Source: Tubulanus polymorphus | Lineage: Eukaryota > Animalia > Nemertea | Direction of reading: 5' to 3' | Length of the DNA: 64,000 bases | NCBI RefSeq assembly: GCF_964204645.1 | Contig: NC_134025.1 | Span: 30,980,299-31,044,298 of the forward strand | Part shown: in pieces, positions 26,689 through 40,357 of the stretch | How the letters are laid out: each line of letters starts with the position of its first letter | Numbering within the stretch: the stretch's first letter is position 1 | The notes under the pieces: model-generated | Seen by the model: the letters and a program-made list of their open reading frames with translations, nothing else | Database searches by the model: none | Told to the model about the DNA's origin: nothing | Program-made: the position numbers and the translations under genes

Positions 26689-27340
26689 GAGAAGTTGGTC
26701 GGCATCTCTGGAACTACGATAACTCGCGGTAACAAACACTGAAAGTCCTGATTTGACGGAGAAATTGGTCGGCATCTCTGGAACTACGATAACTCGCGGT
26801 AACAAACACTGAAAGTCCTGATTTGACGGAGAAATTGGTCGGCATCTCTGGAACTACGATAACTCGCGGTAACAAACACTGAAAGTCCTGATTTGACGGA
26901 GAAATTGGTCGGCATCTCTGGAACTACGATAACTCGCGGTAACAAACACTGAAAGTCCTGATTTGACGGAGAAATTGGTCGGCATCTCTCGAACTACGAT
27001 AACTCGTGGCAACAAACACTGGAAGTCCCGATTTGACAGAGAAATTGGTCGGCATCTCTGGAACTACGATAACTCGTGGCAACAAACACTGAAAGTCCCG
27101 AATTGACGGAGAAATTGATCGGCATCCCTGGAACTACGATAACTCGTGGTAACAAACACTGAAAGTCCCGAATTGACGGAGAAATTGGTCGGAATCTCTG
27201 GAACTACGATAACTCGCGGTAACAAACACTGAAAGTCCCGATTTACGGAGAAATTGGTCGGCATCTCTGGAACTAGGCTAACTCGCATTACAATCACTGA
27301 AAGTCCCTAATTGATGGGGAAATTGGTCGGCATCTCTGAT
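26689..27340. repeat. 70-bp tandem array (about 9 copies)
   Basis: GGCATCTCTGGAACTACGATAACTCGCGGTAACAAACACTGAAAGTCC... recurs at 26701, 26771, 26841 and onward; a related single copy lies at 28015-28070. Confidence 0.95.
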
Positions 27341-28990
27341 TTGATCTTTTCCTGTTGTCTGATATTCTACAGCCAACCACAAGCTCAATACATGTACTAC
27401 AATGTGAAAACACAAAATATGAATAATGATATCATTTTTGAGACTTCTTCAAAATAAATTTCAATTATACCTGCTTTTTAGTAGATTCTGACACGTGCCT
27501 CTTAGGTTTTTTCATGAGGAAATTGATCTGCATCATCAGTATCGTTTCCATCTTGATATCTTGTATTGTGTGACAAATAACTCAATACTAACTACAACAA
27601 CAATGTACTAAATAAACTTTTTCCATTCATAAGACCCTTCATAAAAACAAAATTCATCTAATTTCAATTTTACCTGATTTATAGTCAATTCAGATTCATG
27701 ACTCAGACCTTGAGGAATTTGCTAAATTCTTCCTGAACTCTGATGTTTTCCTTTCCTCTGGTTTTGAGCATCTCTTACAACCACAGGCCACTAGCTACAA
27801 CAAAAATACATAAAAGTAACCAGTTTCATTGAGTCGACTGTTCCTGCAAAGAAATTCATAAGTTCAATTTTACCTGATTCATAGTCAATGTAGACACATA
27901 ACTTAGAAGTGAAATTGCTCAGTGAGACTCAGAAGTGAAACTTCAGTAACTTTTCGTATCTTCTTGAACTTTCTGTTTGATGTGGAGATTCCCCAGAGTA
28001 CTTCGATTTCTGCGTACAAACACTGAAAGAAGTCCCGAATTGACGGAGAAATTTGTCGGCATCTCTGATCTGATCTTTTCCTGTCGTCTGATATTTTACG
28101 GCCAACCACAAGCTTAATACTACAATGACAAAACACAAAATATGAATAATGATATCATTTTTGAGACTCTTCTTCAAAATAAATTTCAATTATACCTGCT
28201 TTATAGTCAATTCAGATTCATGATTCGGACCTTAAGGAATTTGCTCAACACTTCCTGAACTCAGTTTCCTTTCCTCTGGTTTTGAGCGTCTCTAGCAACA
28301 ACAGTCCACTGGCTACAACAAAAGTACATAAAATAAACGTAACCATCTTCTTTAAGTCAACTGTTCCTGCAAAGAAGTTCATATGAAGTATAATTTTACC
28401 TGATTCATAGTCAATTCAGACTCATGACACCTTAAATATTTCTTAACGACAACTGGAACAATCCTGAATGTTTCCTGTCGATCGTTTGGTATTTTGTACT
28501 TGCCGACCAAATCAATACACGCTACAACAGGGAAATATGAATTACACATAATACTAACTTACCGTCCTAGTTGAGAACATTCTTATTTACAAAGAAATTT
28601 ACAGCAATTTATACTATACCTGATTTATAGTCTTTACTAAGTGAAATTTCTAAGAACCTCAGGAACTTTCTGTTTGGGGGGTGGCGTGGAGATTCCTCAG
28701 TAGAGTATACCTCAGATTTCTACTGACAACAGACACCAATCCAACACTTCTCTTTCTGGTACTTTCATCTTTCTTTTTCCTCTTGTTTTACAAATTGATA
28801 TTTGATTATTTGACATTTTGATATTTTTACCATCATAAAATTGATATTATGTTTTTCTTTACATCATCGTTATTTGAGATTGTACAAGGATAGATACAAA
28901 TAATACGTTTCTTAACGTTCTTTAATTTTAAACTCACAGCTGTTTGTAAATTATTTCCACACACAAAGATGGCATGCTGCATGCTGATCA
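27340..28990 (-). other. Putative spliced non-coding or pseudogenic transcript with duplicated exons
   Basis: Repeated minus-strand donor motif GACTATRAATCAG|GTA (about 27470, 27673, 27873, 28195, 28400, 28619), TTGTTGTAG acceptors and a first-exon donor CAGCT|GTGAGT near 28938; no intact ORF. Confidence 0.4.
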
Positions 28991-29056
28991 ATTTGTTTAC
29001 CATGCGCATGGACCCGCGGGTGTGCCAGTGCTGTTTAGTGCAATTGATGCGTTGGT

Positions 29057-29250
29057 GCAAGTGCATAGTGAGACATCAAGTGCAGAGTGAGACGTCAAGT
29101 GCGAAGTGGGACGTCAAGTGCAAATTTGGACGTCAAGTGCAAAGTGGGACGTCAAGTGCAAATTTGGACGTCAAGTGCAAAGTGGGACGTCAAGTGCAGA
29201 GTGAGACGTCAAGTGTAAATTGGGACGTCAAGTGCAAATTGGGACGTCAA
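29057..29250. promoter_or_regulatory. 19-bp tandem array of CRE-like (TGACGTC) plus NK2/E-box (TCAAGTG) sites
   Basis: About 10 copies of GGACGTCAAGTGCAAAGTG next to a YY1-like AAGATGGC (28966) and CATGCGCATG. Confidence 0.55.
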
Positions 29251-29684
29251 TTGTTTTCACCAGTGTTTACGATGATCAACCATCTTTCTGAAGATGTTTA
29301 AAGCAATTTGAATTCTAACAGTTTTTTTACACTGTCAGCTCACAACTTAGAAACTGGTTTACCTCATCATCAGAGTTTAGATGCTGACAATTTTATCATT
29401 GCTTAAGTGGAGTAATATAATCAAGTCACTAACAATTCAGTTTATGTCACTATTTAATTGTCAATTCAAGAAGGGAAAGGGGGAAGGCATTAAACCTCAA
29501 TATCACCCCAGCCTTAGGTCACTTACAATTCAGTTTATGTCACAATTAACTTGACAATTCAAGAGGGGAAGGGAGGGATCACTAAATCTATATTTTAACA
29601 CTAAACTTTCATCACAACCAATTGTTTTAGCAGTAATTTACCAACAGTGTTTTGTAACATATAAATTTCATCAACACATTTTGA

Positions 29685-32600
29685 AGGTCATCAGTGTTGT
29701 AACACACTGACAATTCAGTTTGTTTGTCACGTTTCTACATGACAGTTGAAGAAGGAAGGAGGAGACTCCTGCACTCAATATCACTCCAAAACAGAGTGTA
29801 TCAATTAACACGCAGCAGCAAGCTGCAGTATTAAAGGAGGCCATCAGTGTTGTAACACACTGACAATTCAGTTTGTTTGTCACGTTTCTACATGACAGTT
29901 GAAGAAGGAAGGAGGAGACTCCTGCACTCAATATCACTCCAAAACAGAGTGTATCAATTAACACGCAGCAGCAAGCTGCAGTATTAAAGGAGGCCATCAG
30001 TGTTGTAACACACTGACAATTCAGTTTGTTTGTCACGTTTCTACATGACAGTTGAAGAAGGAAGGAGAAGACTCCTGAACTCAATATCACCCCAAAACAG
30101 AGTGTATCAATTAACACCCAGCAACATGCAGCAGTATTAAAGGAGGTCATCAGTCTTGTACCACACTGACAATTTAGTTTGTTTGTCACGTTTCTACATG
30201 ACAGTTGAAGAAGGAAGGAGGAGACTCCTGAACTAAATATCACCCCAAAACAGAGTGTATCAATTAACACCCAGCAACATGCAGCAGTATTAAAGGAGGT
30301 CATCAGTCTTGTAACACACTGACAATTTAGTTTGTTTGTCACGTTTCTACATGACAGTTCACAACCTTCAGGTGCAAGGAACCAAAGTGAAGCTATCAAA
30401 CAATAGCATCTTTTAAAATCAGTAATGTGATAATAATTTGCTGATACAATATATACAGAGAACCAACACCAGCATTATTTCAATGATTCAACCACCACAA
30501 AGCTATCGATGGATAGCTGTTTTGAATATTTATACATTTAAAACGTAAAGTCGCAATAAGGACGATCAGGAAACATAATCAATCCCAATTCACTGACATA
30601 TATTACAATATATACAAAGTACCAAAACCAGCGACATTTCAATGATTCAACCACCACAAAGCTATCGATGGATAGCTGTTTTAAATATTTATACATTTGA
30701 AACGTAAAGTCGCGATGAGGACGATCAGGAAACATAATCAATCCCAATTCACCGACATATATTACAATATATACAAAGTACCAACACCAGCGACATTTCA
30801 ATGATTCAACCACCACAAAGCTATCGATGGATAGCTGTTTTGAATATTTATACATTTAAAACGTAAAGTCGCAATAAGGATGATCAGGAAACATAATCAA
30901 TCCCATTTCACCATTACAATATATACAAAGTACCAACACCAGCGACATTTCAATGATTCAACCACCACAAAGCTATCGATGGATAGCTGCTTTGAATATT
31001 TTTATATTTAAAACGTAAAGTCGCAATAAGGACGATCAGGAAACATGATCAATCCCAATTCACCGATATTACAATATATACAAAGAACCAACACCAGCGA
31101 CATTTCAAAGATTCAACCACCACAAAGCTATCGATGGATAGCTGTTTTAAATATTTATTCATTTAAAACGTAAAGTCGCAATGAGGACGATCAGGAAACA
31201 TGATCAATCCCAATTCACCGATATTACAATATATACAAAGAACCAACACCAGCGACATTTCAAAGATTCAACCACCACAAAGCTATCGATGGATAGCTGT
31301 TTTGAATATTTATACATTTAAAACGTAAAGTCGTTATGAGGACGATCAGGAAACATGATCAATCCCAATTCACTGACATATATTACAATATATACAAAGT
31401 ACCAACACCAGCGACATTTCAATGATTCAACCACCACTAAGCTATCGATGGATAGCTGTTTTGAATATTTATACATTTAAAACGTAAAGTTGTAATGAGG
31501 ACGATCAGGAAACATAATCAATCCCAATTCACCGACATATATTACAATATATACAAAGTACCAACACCAGCGACATTTCAAAGATTCAACCACCACAAAG
31601 CTATCGATGGATAGCTGTTTTGAATATTTATACAATTAAAACGTAAAGTCGTAATGAGGACGATCAGGAAACAAAACTCGCCAAAACTCAATATCAATCC
31701 AAAACAGAGTGTATTGATTAACACCCAGCAGCAAGCAGCAGTATTAAAGGAGGCCATCAGTGTTGTAAGACACTGACAATTCAGTTTGTTTTTCACGTTT
31801 CTACATGACAGTTGAAGAAGGAAGGAGGAGACTCCTGCACTCAATATCACCCCAATACAGAGTGTATTAATTAACACCCAGCAGCAAGCAGCAGTATTAA
31901 AGGAGGTCATCAGTTTTGTAACACACTGACAATTCAGTTTGTTTGTCACGTTTCTACATGACAGTTGAAGAAGGAAGGAGAAGACTCCTGATCTCAATAT
32001 CACCCCAAAACAGAGCCAGCAGCAAGCAGCAGTATTTAAGGAGAATGATTCTTGATGTTATAATGTTTAATGTAATAATTTTTATTATAATAATGTTTAA
32101 TGTAATAATTCAAGAAGTTCATGGAAGGTGGTAAGAATTAACACGCAGCAGCAAGCAGCAGTATTAAAGGAGGCCATCAGTGTTGTAACGCATTGACAAT
32201 TCAGTTTGTTTGTCACGTTTCTACATGACAGTTGAAGAAGGAAGGAGAAGACTCCTGAACTGAATATCACCCCAAAACAGAGTGTATTAATTAACACCCA
32301 GCAGCAAGCAGCAGTATTAAAGGAGGCCATCAGTGTTGTAACACACTGACAATTCAGTTTGTTTGTCACGTTTCTACATGACAGTTGAAGAAGGAAGGAG
32401 GAGACTCCTGCACTCAATATCACTCCAAAACAGAGTGTATCAATTAACACGCAGCAGCAAGCTGCAGTATTAAAGGAGGCCATCAGTGTTGTAACACACT
32501 GACAATTCAGTTTGTTTGTCATGTTTCTACATGACAGTTGAAGAAGGAAGGAGGAGACTCCTGCACTCAATATCACCCCAAAACAGAGCCAGCAGCAAGC

Positions 32601-35600
32601 AGCAGTATTTAAGGAGAATGATTCTTGATGTTATAATGTTTAATGTAATAATTTTTATTATAATAATGTTTAATGTAATAATTCAAGAAGTTCATGGAAG
32701 GTGGTAAGAATTAACACGCAGCAGCAAGCAGCAGTATTAAAGGAGGTCATCAGTGTTGTAACGCACTGACAATTCTGTTCATTAGTCACGTTTCTACATG
32801 ACAGTTCACAACCTTCAGGTGCAAGGAACCAAAGTGAAGCTATCAAACAATAGCATCTTTGAGTATAACACTTCTAAAATCCGTAATGTGATAATAATTT
32901 GCTGATACAATATATACAGAGAACCAACACCAGCATTATTTCAATGATTCAACCACCACAACGCTATAGATGGATAGCTGTTTTGAATATTTATACATTT
33001 AAAACGTAAAGTCGCAATAAGGACGATCAGGAAACATAATCAATCCCATTTCACCATTACAATATATACAAAGTACCAACACCAGCGACATTTCAAAGAT
33101 TCAACCACCACAAAGCTATCGATGGATAGCTGTTTTAAATATTTATACATTTAAAACGTAAAGTCGCAATAAGGACGATCAGGAAACATAATCAATCCCA
33201 TTTCACCATTACAATATATACAAAGTACCAACACCAGCGACATTTCAAAGATTCAACCACCACAAAGCTATCGATGGATAGCTGTTTTGAATATTTTTAT
33301 ATTTAAAACGTAAAGTCGCAATAAGGACGATCAGGAAACATGATCAATCCCAATTCACCGATATATATTACAATATATACAAAGAACCAACACCAGCGAC
33401 ATTTCAAAGATTCAACCACCACAAAGCTATCGATGGATAGCTGTTTTGAATATTTATACAATTAAAACGTAAAGTCGCAATAAGGATGATCACAAAACAT
33501 GATCAATCCCATTTCAGCGACATATATTACAATATATACAAAGAACCAACACCAGCGACATTTCAAAGATTCAATCACCACAAAGCTATCGATGGATAGC
33601 CGTTTTGAATATTTATACATTTAAAACGTAAAGTTGTAATGAGGACGATCAGGAAACATAATCAGTCCCAATTCACCGACATATATTACAATATATACAA
33701 AGTACCAACACCAGCGACATTTCAAAGATTCAACCACCACAAAGCTATCGATGGATAGCTGTTTTGAATATTTATACAATTAAAACGTAAAGTCGTAATG
33801 AGGACGATCAGGAAGCAAAACTCGCCAAAACTCAATATCACCCCATAACAGAGTGTATTAATTAACACCCAGCAGCAAGCAGCAGTATTAAAGGAGGTCA
33901 TCAGTGTTGTAACACACTGACAATTCAGTTTGTTTGTCACGTTTCTACATGACAGTTCACAACCTTCAGGTGCAAGGAACCAAAGTGAAGCTATCAAACA
34001 ATAGCATCTTTGAGTATAACACTTTTAAAATCCGTAATGTGATAATAATTTGCAGATATAATATACACAGAGAACCAACACCAGCATTATTTCAATGATT
34101 CAACCACCACAAAGCTATCGATGGATAGCTGTTTTGAATATTTATACATTTTAAACGTAAAGTCGCAATAAGGACGATCAGGAAACATAATCAATCCCAA
34201 TTCACCGACATATATTACAATATATACAGAGAACCAACACCAGCATTATTTCAATGATTCAACCACCACAAAGCTATCGATGGATAGCTGTTTTGAATAT
34301 TTATACATTTAAAACGTAAAGTCGCAATAAGGACGATCAGGAAACATAATCAATCCCAATTCACCGACATATATTACAATATATACAAAGAACCAACACC
34401 AGCGACATTTCGATGATTTAACCACCACAAAGCTATCGATGGATAGCTGTTTTGAATATTTATACATTCAAAACGTAAAGTCGCAATGAGGACGATCAGG
34501 AAACATAATCAAATCCATTTCACCGACATATATTACTATGTATACAAAGTACCAACACCAGCGACATTTCAATGATACAACCACCACAAAGCTATCGATG
34601 GATAGCTGTTTTGAATATCTATATAATTTAAACGTTAAGTCGCAATAAGGACGATCAGGAAGCAAAACTCGCCAAAACTCAATATCACTCCAAAACAGAG
34701 TGTATCAATTAACACCCAGCAGCAAGCAGCAGTATTAAAGGAGGTCATCAGTTTTGTAACACACTGACAATTCAGTTTGTTTGTCACGTTTCTACATGAC
34801 AGTTGAAGAAGGAAGGAGGAGACTCCTGCACTCAATATCATTCCAAAACAGAGTGTATCAATTAACACGCAGCAGCAAGCTGCAGTATTAAAGGAGGCCA
34901 TCAGTGTTGTAACACACTGACAATTCAGTTCGTTTGTCACGTTTCTACATGACAGTTGAAGAAGGAAGGAGGAGACTCCTGCACTCAATATCACTCCAAA
35001 ACCGAGTGTATCAATTAACACGCAGCAGCAAGCTGCAGTATTAAAGGAGGCCATCAGTGTTGTAACACACTGACAATTCAGTTTGTTTGTCATGTTTCTA
35101 CATGACAGTTGAAGAAGGAAGGAGAAGACTCCTGCACTCAATATCACCCCAAAACAGAGCCAGCAGCAAGCAGCAGTATTTAAGGAGAATGATTCTTGAT
35201 GTTATAATGTTTAATGTAATAATTTTTATTATAATAATGTTTAATGTAATAATTCAAGAAGTTCATGGAAGGTGGTAAGAATTAACACCCAGCAGCAAGC
35301 AGCAGTATTAAAGGAGGACATCAGTGTTGTAACACACTGACAATTCAGTTCATTTGTCACGTTTCTACATGACAGTTGAAGAAGGAAGGAGGAGACTCCT
35401 GAACTCAATATCACCCCAAAACAGAGTGTATTAATTAACACGCAGCAGCAAGCAGCAGTATTAAAGGAGGACATCAGTGTTGTAACACACTGACAATTCA
35501 GTTCATTTGTCACGTTTCTACATGACAGTTGAAGAAGGAAGGAGGAGACTCCTGAACTCAATATCACCCCAAAACAGAGTGTATTAATTAACACCCAGCA

Positions 35601-36205
35601 GCAAGCAGCAGTATTAAAGGAGGACATCAGTGTTGTAACACACTGACAATTCAGTTCATTTGTCACGTTTCTACATGACAGTTGAAGAAGGAAGGAGGAG
35701 ACTCCTGCACTCAATATCACCCCAAAACAGAGTGTATTAATTAACACGCAGCAGCAAGCTGCAGTATTAAAGGAGGCCATCAGTGTTGTAACACACTGAC
35801 AATTCAGTTTGTTTGTCATGTTTCTACATGACAGTTGAAGAAGGAAGGAGGAGACTCCTGCACTCAATATCACCCCAAAACAGAGCCAGCAGCAAGCAGC
35901 AGTATTTAAGGAGAATGATTCTTGATGTTATAATGTTTAATGTAATAATTTTTATTATAATAATGTTTAATGTAATAATTCAAGAAGTTCATGGAAGGTG
36001 GTAAGAATTAACACCCAGCAGCAAGCAGCAGTAATAAAGGAGGCCATCAGTGTTGTAACACACTGACAATTCAGTTCGTTTGTCACGTTTCTACATGACA
36101 GCTGAAGAAGGAAGGAGGAGACTCCTGCACTCAATATCACCCCAAAACAGAGTGTATTAATTAACACGCAGCAGCAAGCAGCAGTATTAACGGAGGTCAT
36201 CAGTG
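29685..36205. repeat. Higher-order composite satellite of 153-bp (A) and 159-bp (B) monomers with recurring linker blocks
   Basis: A period 153 (29691, 29844...), B period 159 (30502, 30661, 30820...). The AT-rich insert C recurs at about 32015, 32588, 35159 and 35885; linker D at about 30358, 32805 and 33957. Confidence 0.95.
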
Positions 36206-37364
36206 ATGATTTAGCAGTAATTGACCAACAGACTTTTGTAACACTTAACTTTCATCGCCACCAATTGATTTAGCAGTAATTGATCCACTTTCACTTCACT
36301 TTTACCATAGTTTGTAATTCGCTGCAATCAATGAGCAATTTAAAACTTTTTTGTATTGAGGAAACCACAGCAAAAAACTAAATGTATACAAACAATGAGT
36401 GTATTATTTAATTGTTGATGAGAGAGGAGAGAGAGGAGAGGAGGCATGTACACCTAACACAACGTTTAAAACTCAATATCACAACCAAAACAGAGTTGAA
36501 TGATAGCAAGCATCAGCAACATCAAGTTTTCAAATAAGGAAGTAATCAGTATTGTAAGTCACATCTATTTGACAATTCAAGAAGACAAGGGAAGGAGAAG
36601 AGTCTCCAAAACTCAATATCACCCCTTAGAACAGAGTGGAATGAGCAACATGTAGTAGCAAACAACAGTATTTGCCGTAGTAGCAAACAACGGTATTTGC
36701 CGTTTTTAAAGGAGAAGAAAGGAGTATCTTCTGTATTTGATACTCGTTTGATGTCACAGCAAGGCCATTACCGGGAGTTATAGAGAACAAAAGGAGAAGC
36801 CATGCAACCAGAAGATTTTAATTGTCTATGATTTTGATATTGTATATAAAAATGGCACGATATATCACCTCGTAGCAGAGGAAGGAGGTAGAACAACCGC
36901 AAGATCAGTACATCTATCAATGTTTCATTACATGTATCAATGTTTCATTACATGTATCATTGTTTCAAGACACCAACTTTCAGTGTTTTGTAACACTTAA
37001 CTTTCATTACCACCAATTGATTTAGCAGTAATTCATCCACAGTGTTTTGTAACTCTTAACTTTCAGATTTGTGTCTTACTTATTTCGTGATGAGAGAGGA
37101 GAGAGAGGAGTCTTGTAGGAAATGTAGCCATACACCTATCAAAGCTTTCTTTTACAAATGCAAATCAGTTTGTTCGAGACTAAGGACGTTTGTTGCTGGA
37201 GGAGACAAACTGTATTCCAAATTGAAACCCTTTTAGCTTTTAGCTTTTTCTTAGAGAGATCGAACCCACACGACGCCTGGCAAAGGCTTCAAACATTTTG
37301 ATAACTGTTCGCGTAGAGCCAATGATAAAACCAGCATTTATCATCATCAAACCAGAGCTGAAAA

Positions 37365-38390
37365 CTGCAAACCAGTGAGGGGAAGTATGCACAATCATTG
37401 AGATGATTGTTCATAGCTGCAACCAATGGAGTGAACTGTGACCAGTGAGGGGAAATTAATTTTCAAACCAGTGAGGGGAAATTAGCTCAACCAATGAGAT
37501 GATTGTTCATAGCTGCAACCAATGGAGAGAACTGCAACCAGTGAGGGGAAATTAGCTCAACCAATGAGATGATTGTTCATAGCTGCAACCAATGGAGTGA
37601 ACTGCAACCAGTGAGAGGAAATTAATTTTCAAACCAGTGAGGGGAAATTAGCTCAACCAATGAGATGATTGTTCATAGCTGCAACCAATGGAGAGAACTG
37701 CAACCAGTGAGGGGAAAGTATGCTCAATCAATGAGATGATTGTTCATAGCTGCAACCAATGGAGAGAACTGCAACCAGTGAGGGGAAAGTATGCACAATC
37801 AATGAGATGATTGTTCATAGCTGCAACCAATCAAGTGAACTGCAACCAGTGAGAGGAAATTATTTTTCAAACCAGTGAGGGGAAATTAGCTCAACCAATG
37901 AGATGATTGTTCATAGCTGCACAACCAATCAAGTGACAACCAGTGATGGGAAAGTATGCACAATCAATGAGATGATTGTTCGTAGCTGCAACCAATCAAG
38001 TGAACTGCAACAAGTGAGGGGAAAGTATGCACAATCAATGAGATGATTGTTCGTAGCTGCAACCAATCAAGTGACAACCAGTGATGGGAAAGTATGTACA
38101 ATCAATGAGATGATTGTTCATAGCTGCAACCAATGGAGTGAATTGCAACCAGTGAGGGGAAAGTATGCACAATCGATGAGATGATTGTTCGTAGCTGCAA
38201 CCAATCAAGTGAACAGCGACCAATGAGAGGAAATTATATCTCAAACCAGTGCACAATCAATGGGATGATTGTTTTTGGCTGCAACCAATGGAGTGAACTG
38301 CAACCAGTGAGGGGGAAGTATGCACAATCAATGAGATGTTTGTTCATAACTGCAACCAATGATGGTAAAGCATATTGCAAACCAGTAATG
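37365..38390. repeat. ~70-bp tandem array rich in CCAAT boxes
   Basis: Unit CAACCAGTGAGGGGAAAGTATGCACAATCAATGAGATGATTGTTCATAGCTGCAACCAATGGAGTGAACTG, about 13-14 copies. Confidence 0.9.
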
Positions 38391-38874
38391 GTAAAGTTTA
38401 CTCAATCATTTACAAACAAGTGATAGTTAAATACACTTGCAAGCTAACAGATCAGAGATCTCAGGAAGCAACGTCACTCCAATCCTTATTTCTTGACATA
38501 TGATATAAAATGCTCTTCAGCCTGTGACAAAATGTTTTCGATGTTATACGCTTATTACTATATGCTTAACTAGAATCTTCTTTCAAATATTAATTCAAAA
38601 TGAGGAGGGACTAATCTAATGTAATGGTATCAATGCTACGAATGTATGAAAAAGTGAAAAGTAATAGTTTGAAACCAAGATTGAATGCATTCATTCTGTT
38701 GTATTGAATAAAGTGAGATCCGATGAAAATTATGAAAAAAAGAAAAAAACAAACTACAAATTTACAATATTTACAGAAAATTAAAAAGAGAAATAAAAAC
38801 GACTATTTACAAATTTACAATATTTACAAGAGAAATAAAAACTACTATTTACAAATTTACAATATTTACAAGAT

Positions 38875-38905
<31 letters not shown>

Positions 38906-39195
38906 GGAGAGTGAGAGGAGGGAGAGGAGGAAGGATGAAGGAGAGGGGTGAGAGGAAGAAAGGAGAGAGGGGAGAGAGTTAGTGGGTTAGAGAAAGAGGA
39001 AGAGAGAGTTAGTGGGTTAGAGAAAGAGGAAGAGAGAGTTAGTGGGTTAGAGAAAGAGGAAGAGAGTTAGTGGGTTAAAGAAAGAGAGGGAAAGGATAGA
39101 GAGAGGGAAAGGATAGAGACAGAGAGGGATAGAATAGAGACAGAGAGGGATAGAATAGAGACAGAGAGGGATAGGATAGAGAAAGGTAGAAAAAG
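38875..39195. repeat. GA-rich polypurine tract with 28-bp and 19-bp subrepeats
   Basis: GAGTTAGTGGGTTAGAGAAAGAGGAAGA x4; GATAGAGACAGAGAGG-type repeats. Confidence 0.85.
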
Positions 39196-39257
39196 AAGGG
39201 GTGATAAAAATGATAAAACATATGATAAAAACAATAAAACATATGGGTAAAAACGGT

Positions 39258-39452
39258 TAAAAAGAGGCAGTTTAACGTCGTACCACAGGACAAATAGATA
39301 AAAATCACTGATAAAATTTATCGATAAAACATATTGTTAAAAAGAGGCAGTTTAACGTCGTACCACAGGACAAATAGATAAAAATCACTGATAAAATGTA
39401 TGGATAAAACGTATTGTTTCAAAGAGGCAGTTTCACGTCGTACCACAGGACA
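39258..39452. repeat. 80-bp tandem repeat, about 2.5 copies
   Basis: AAAGAGGCAGTTTAACGTCGTACCACAGGACAA at 39261, 39341 and 39421. Confidence 0.85.
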
Positions 39453-40357
39453 ACTTGAAAATAGAGGAACACTAGCAATACTACTTATATGTTACTAGGT
39501 ACAGTATTTTAGACAATTCTATAAAATTGTATAATTATTTCAACCTCTTCAATACCAAATATCAATTCGACAAAAAGTCATCTTTGAAAACGTTCGTATG
39601 AAATAAAACAACAAAACATAACGTAGCATGGAATTAATATTAATGTTATCAGAAGCTGAAAATCTGAAATCAACCATCAGCCATAAATGAGGAGGCGGGA
39701 CTAATGCAATGAAATAATATCAATGCTCCAAACTTATAGGTTAAAATCTTGTTAAAACAAAAGATGCAACAAGTGATATCAGGATCAAACTTAGATTGAA
39801 TGCATTCATTCTGTTGTTTTGAATATTGAAATTATTCAATAGAAATAAAAATATTGATTATCAATTAAATCTATATGAAAATCTGCACTAAAATAGTTCG
39901 ATTTGATGTATAGATTTTATGAAGTTTAGAAAATCAAAAATATTTAAGATTATATTTGAAATGTATAAATAATCATTAAAATCCAAAGTTAAAGAGATAT
40001 CTAAAAGATAATTTACAAGTAGAAATCAAAATCAATAAAAAAATCTAAAAAGAAATATAATATATATGATATATACAAATAAAAAGCTATTTAAAAATTT
40101 ACAATATGTATAAGTACGGATAAAATTTGTCGATCAATTTGATGAAATATTTTATATTTGTCAATCATAATCGAAACCCAAGTGATTTCAGAATGGAATA
40201 ACTGGGCCAGGCCAATCACTCACTCGATGATCATCAATTACTGGTACTACACAACCACAGAAAGAGTGGTTTTTACCGCGCGGTATATTAGGCCAGGTGC
40301 ACCTCAAAATAATAATGCCGCCTGTTATTATTGGCTTTTTGAGTGTTGATATGTACA

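Noticed and set aside
26689-27340. Hammerhead-like CTGAAAG-TCC..GGA-GAAA in the 70-bp unit; coding repeat
   Set aside because: The core is CUGAAAG, not CUGANGA; 70 bp does not preserve frame
29671-36200. Cys-rich 51-aa repeat ORFs called as a protein gene
   Set aside because: No start/splice context or domain resemblance, and frames break at C/D/B junctions; kept only as a note in the finding
29685-36205. Retrozyme/hammerhead in the A monomer (minus CTGATGA ... GAAACGT)
   Set aside because: The boxes are about 110 nt apart with no closing helix II pair, and CTGATGA is often CTGATGG
38975-39078. Interstitial telomeric repeat
   Set aside because: TTAGTGGGTTAGAG occurs only within a 28-bp GA-rich unit; there is no true (TTAGGG)n run
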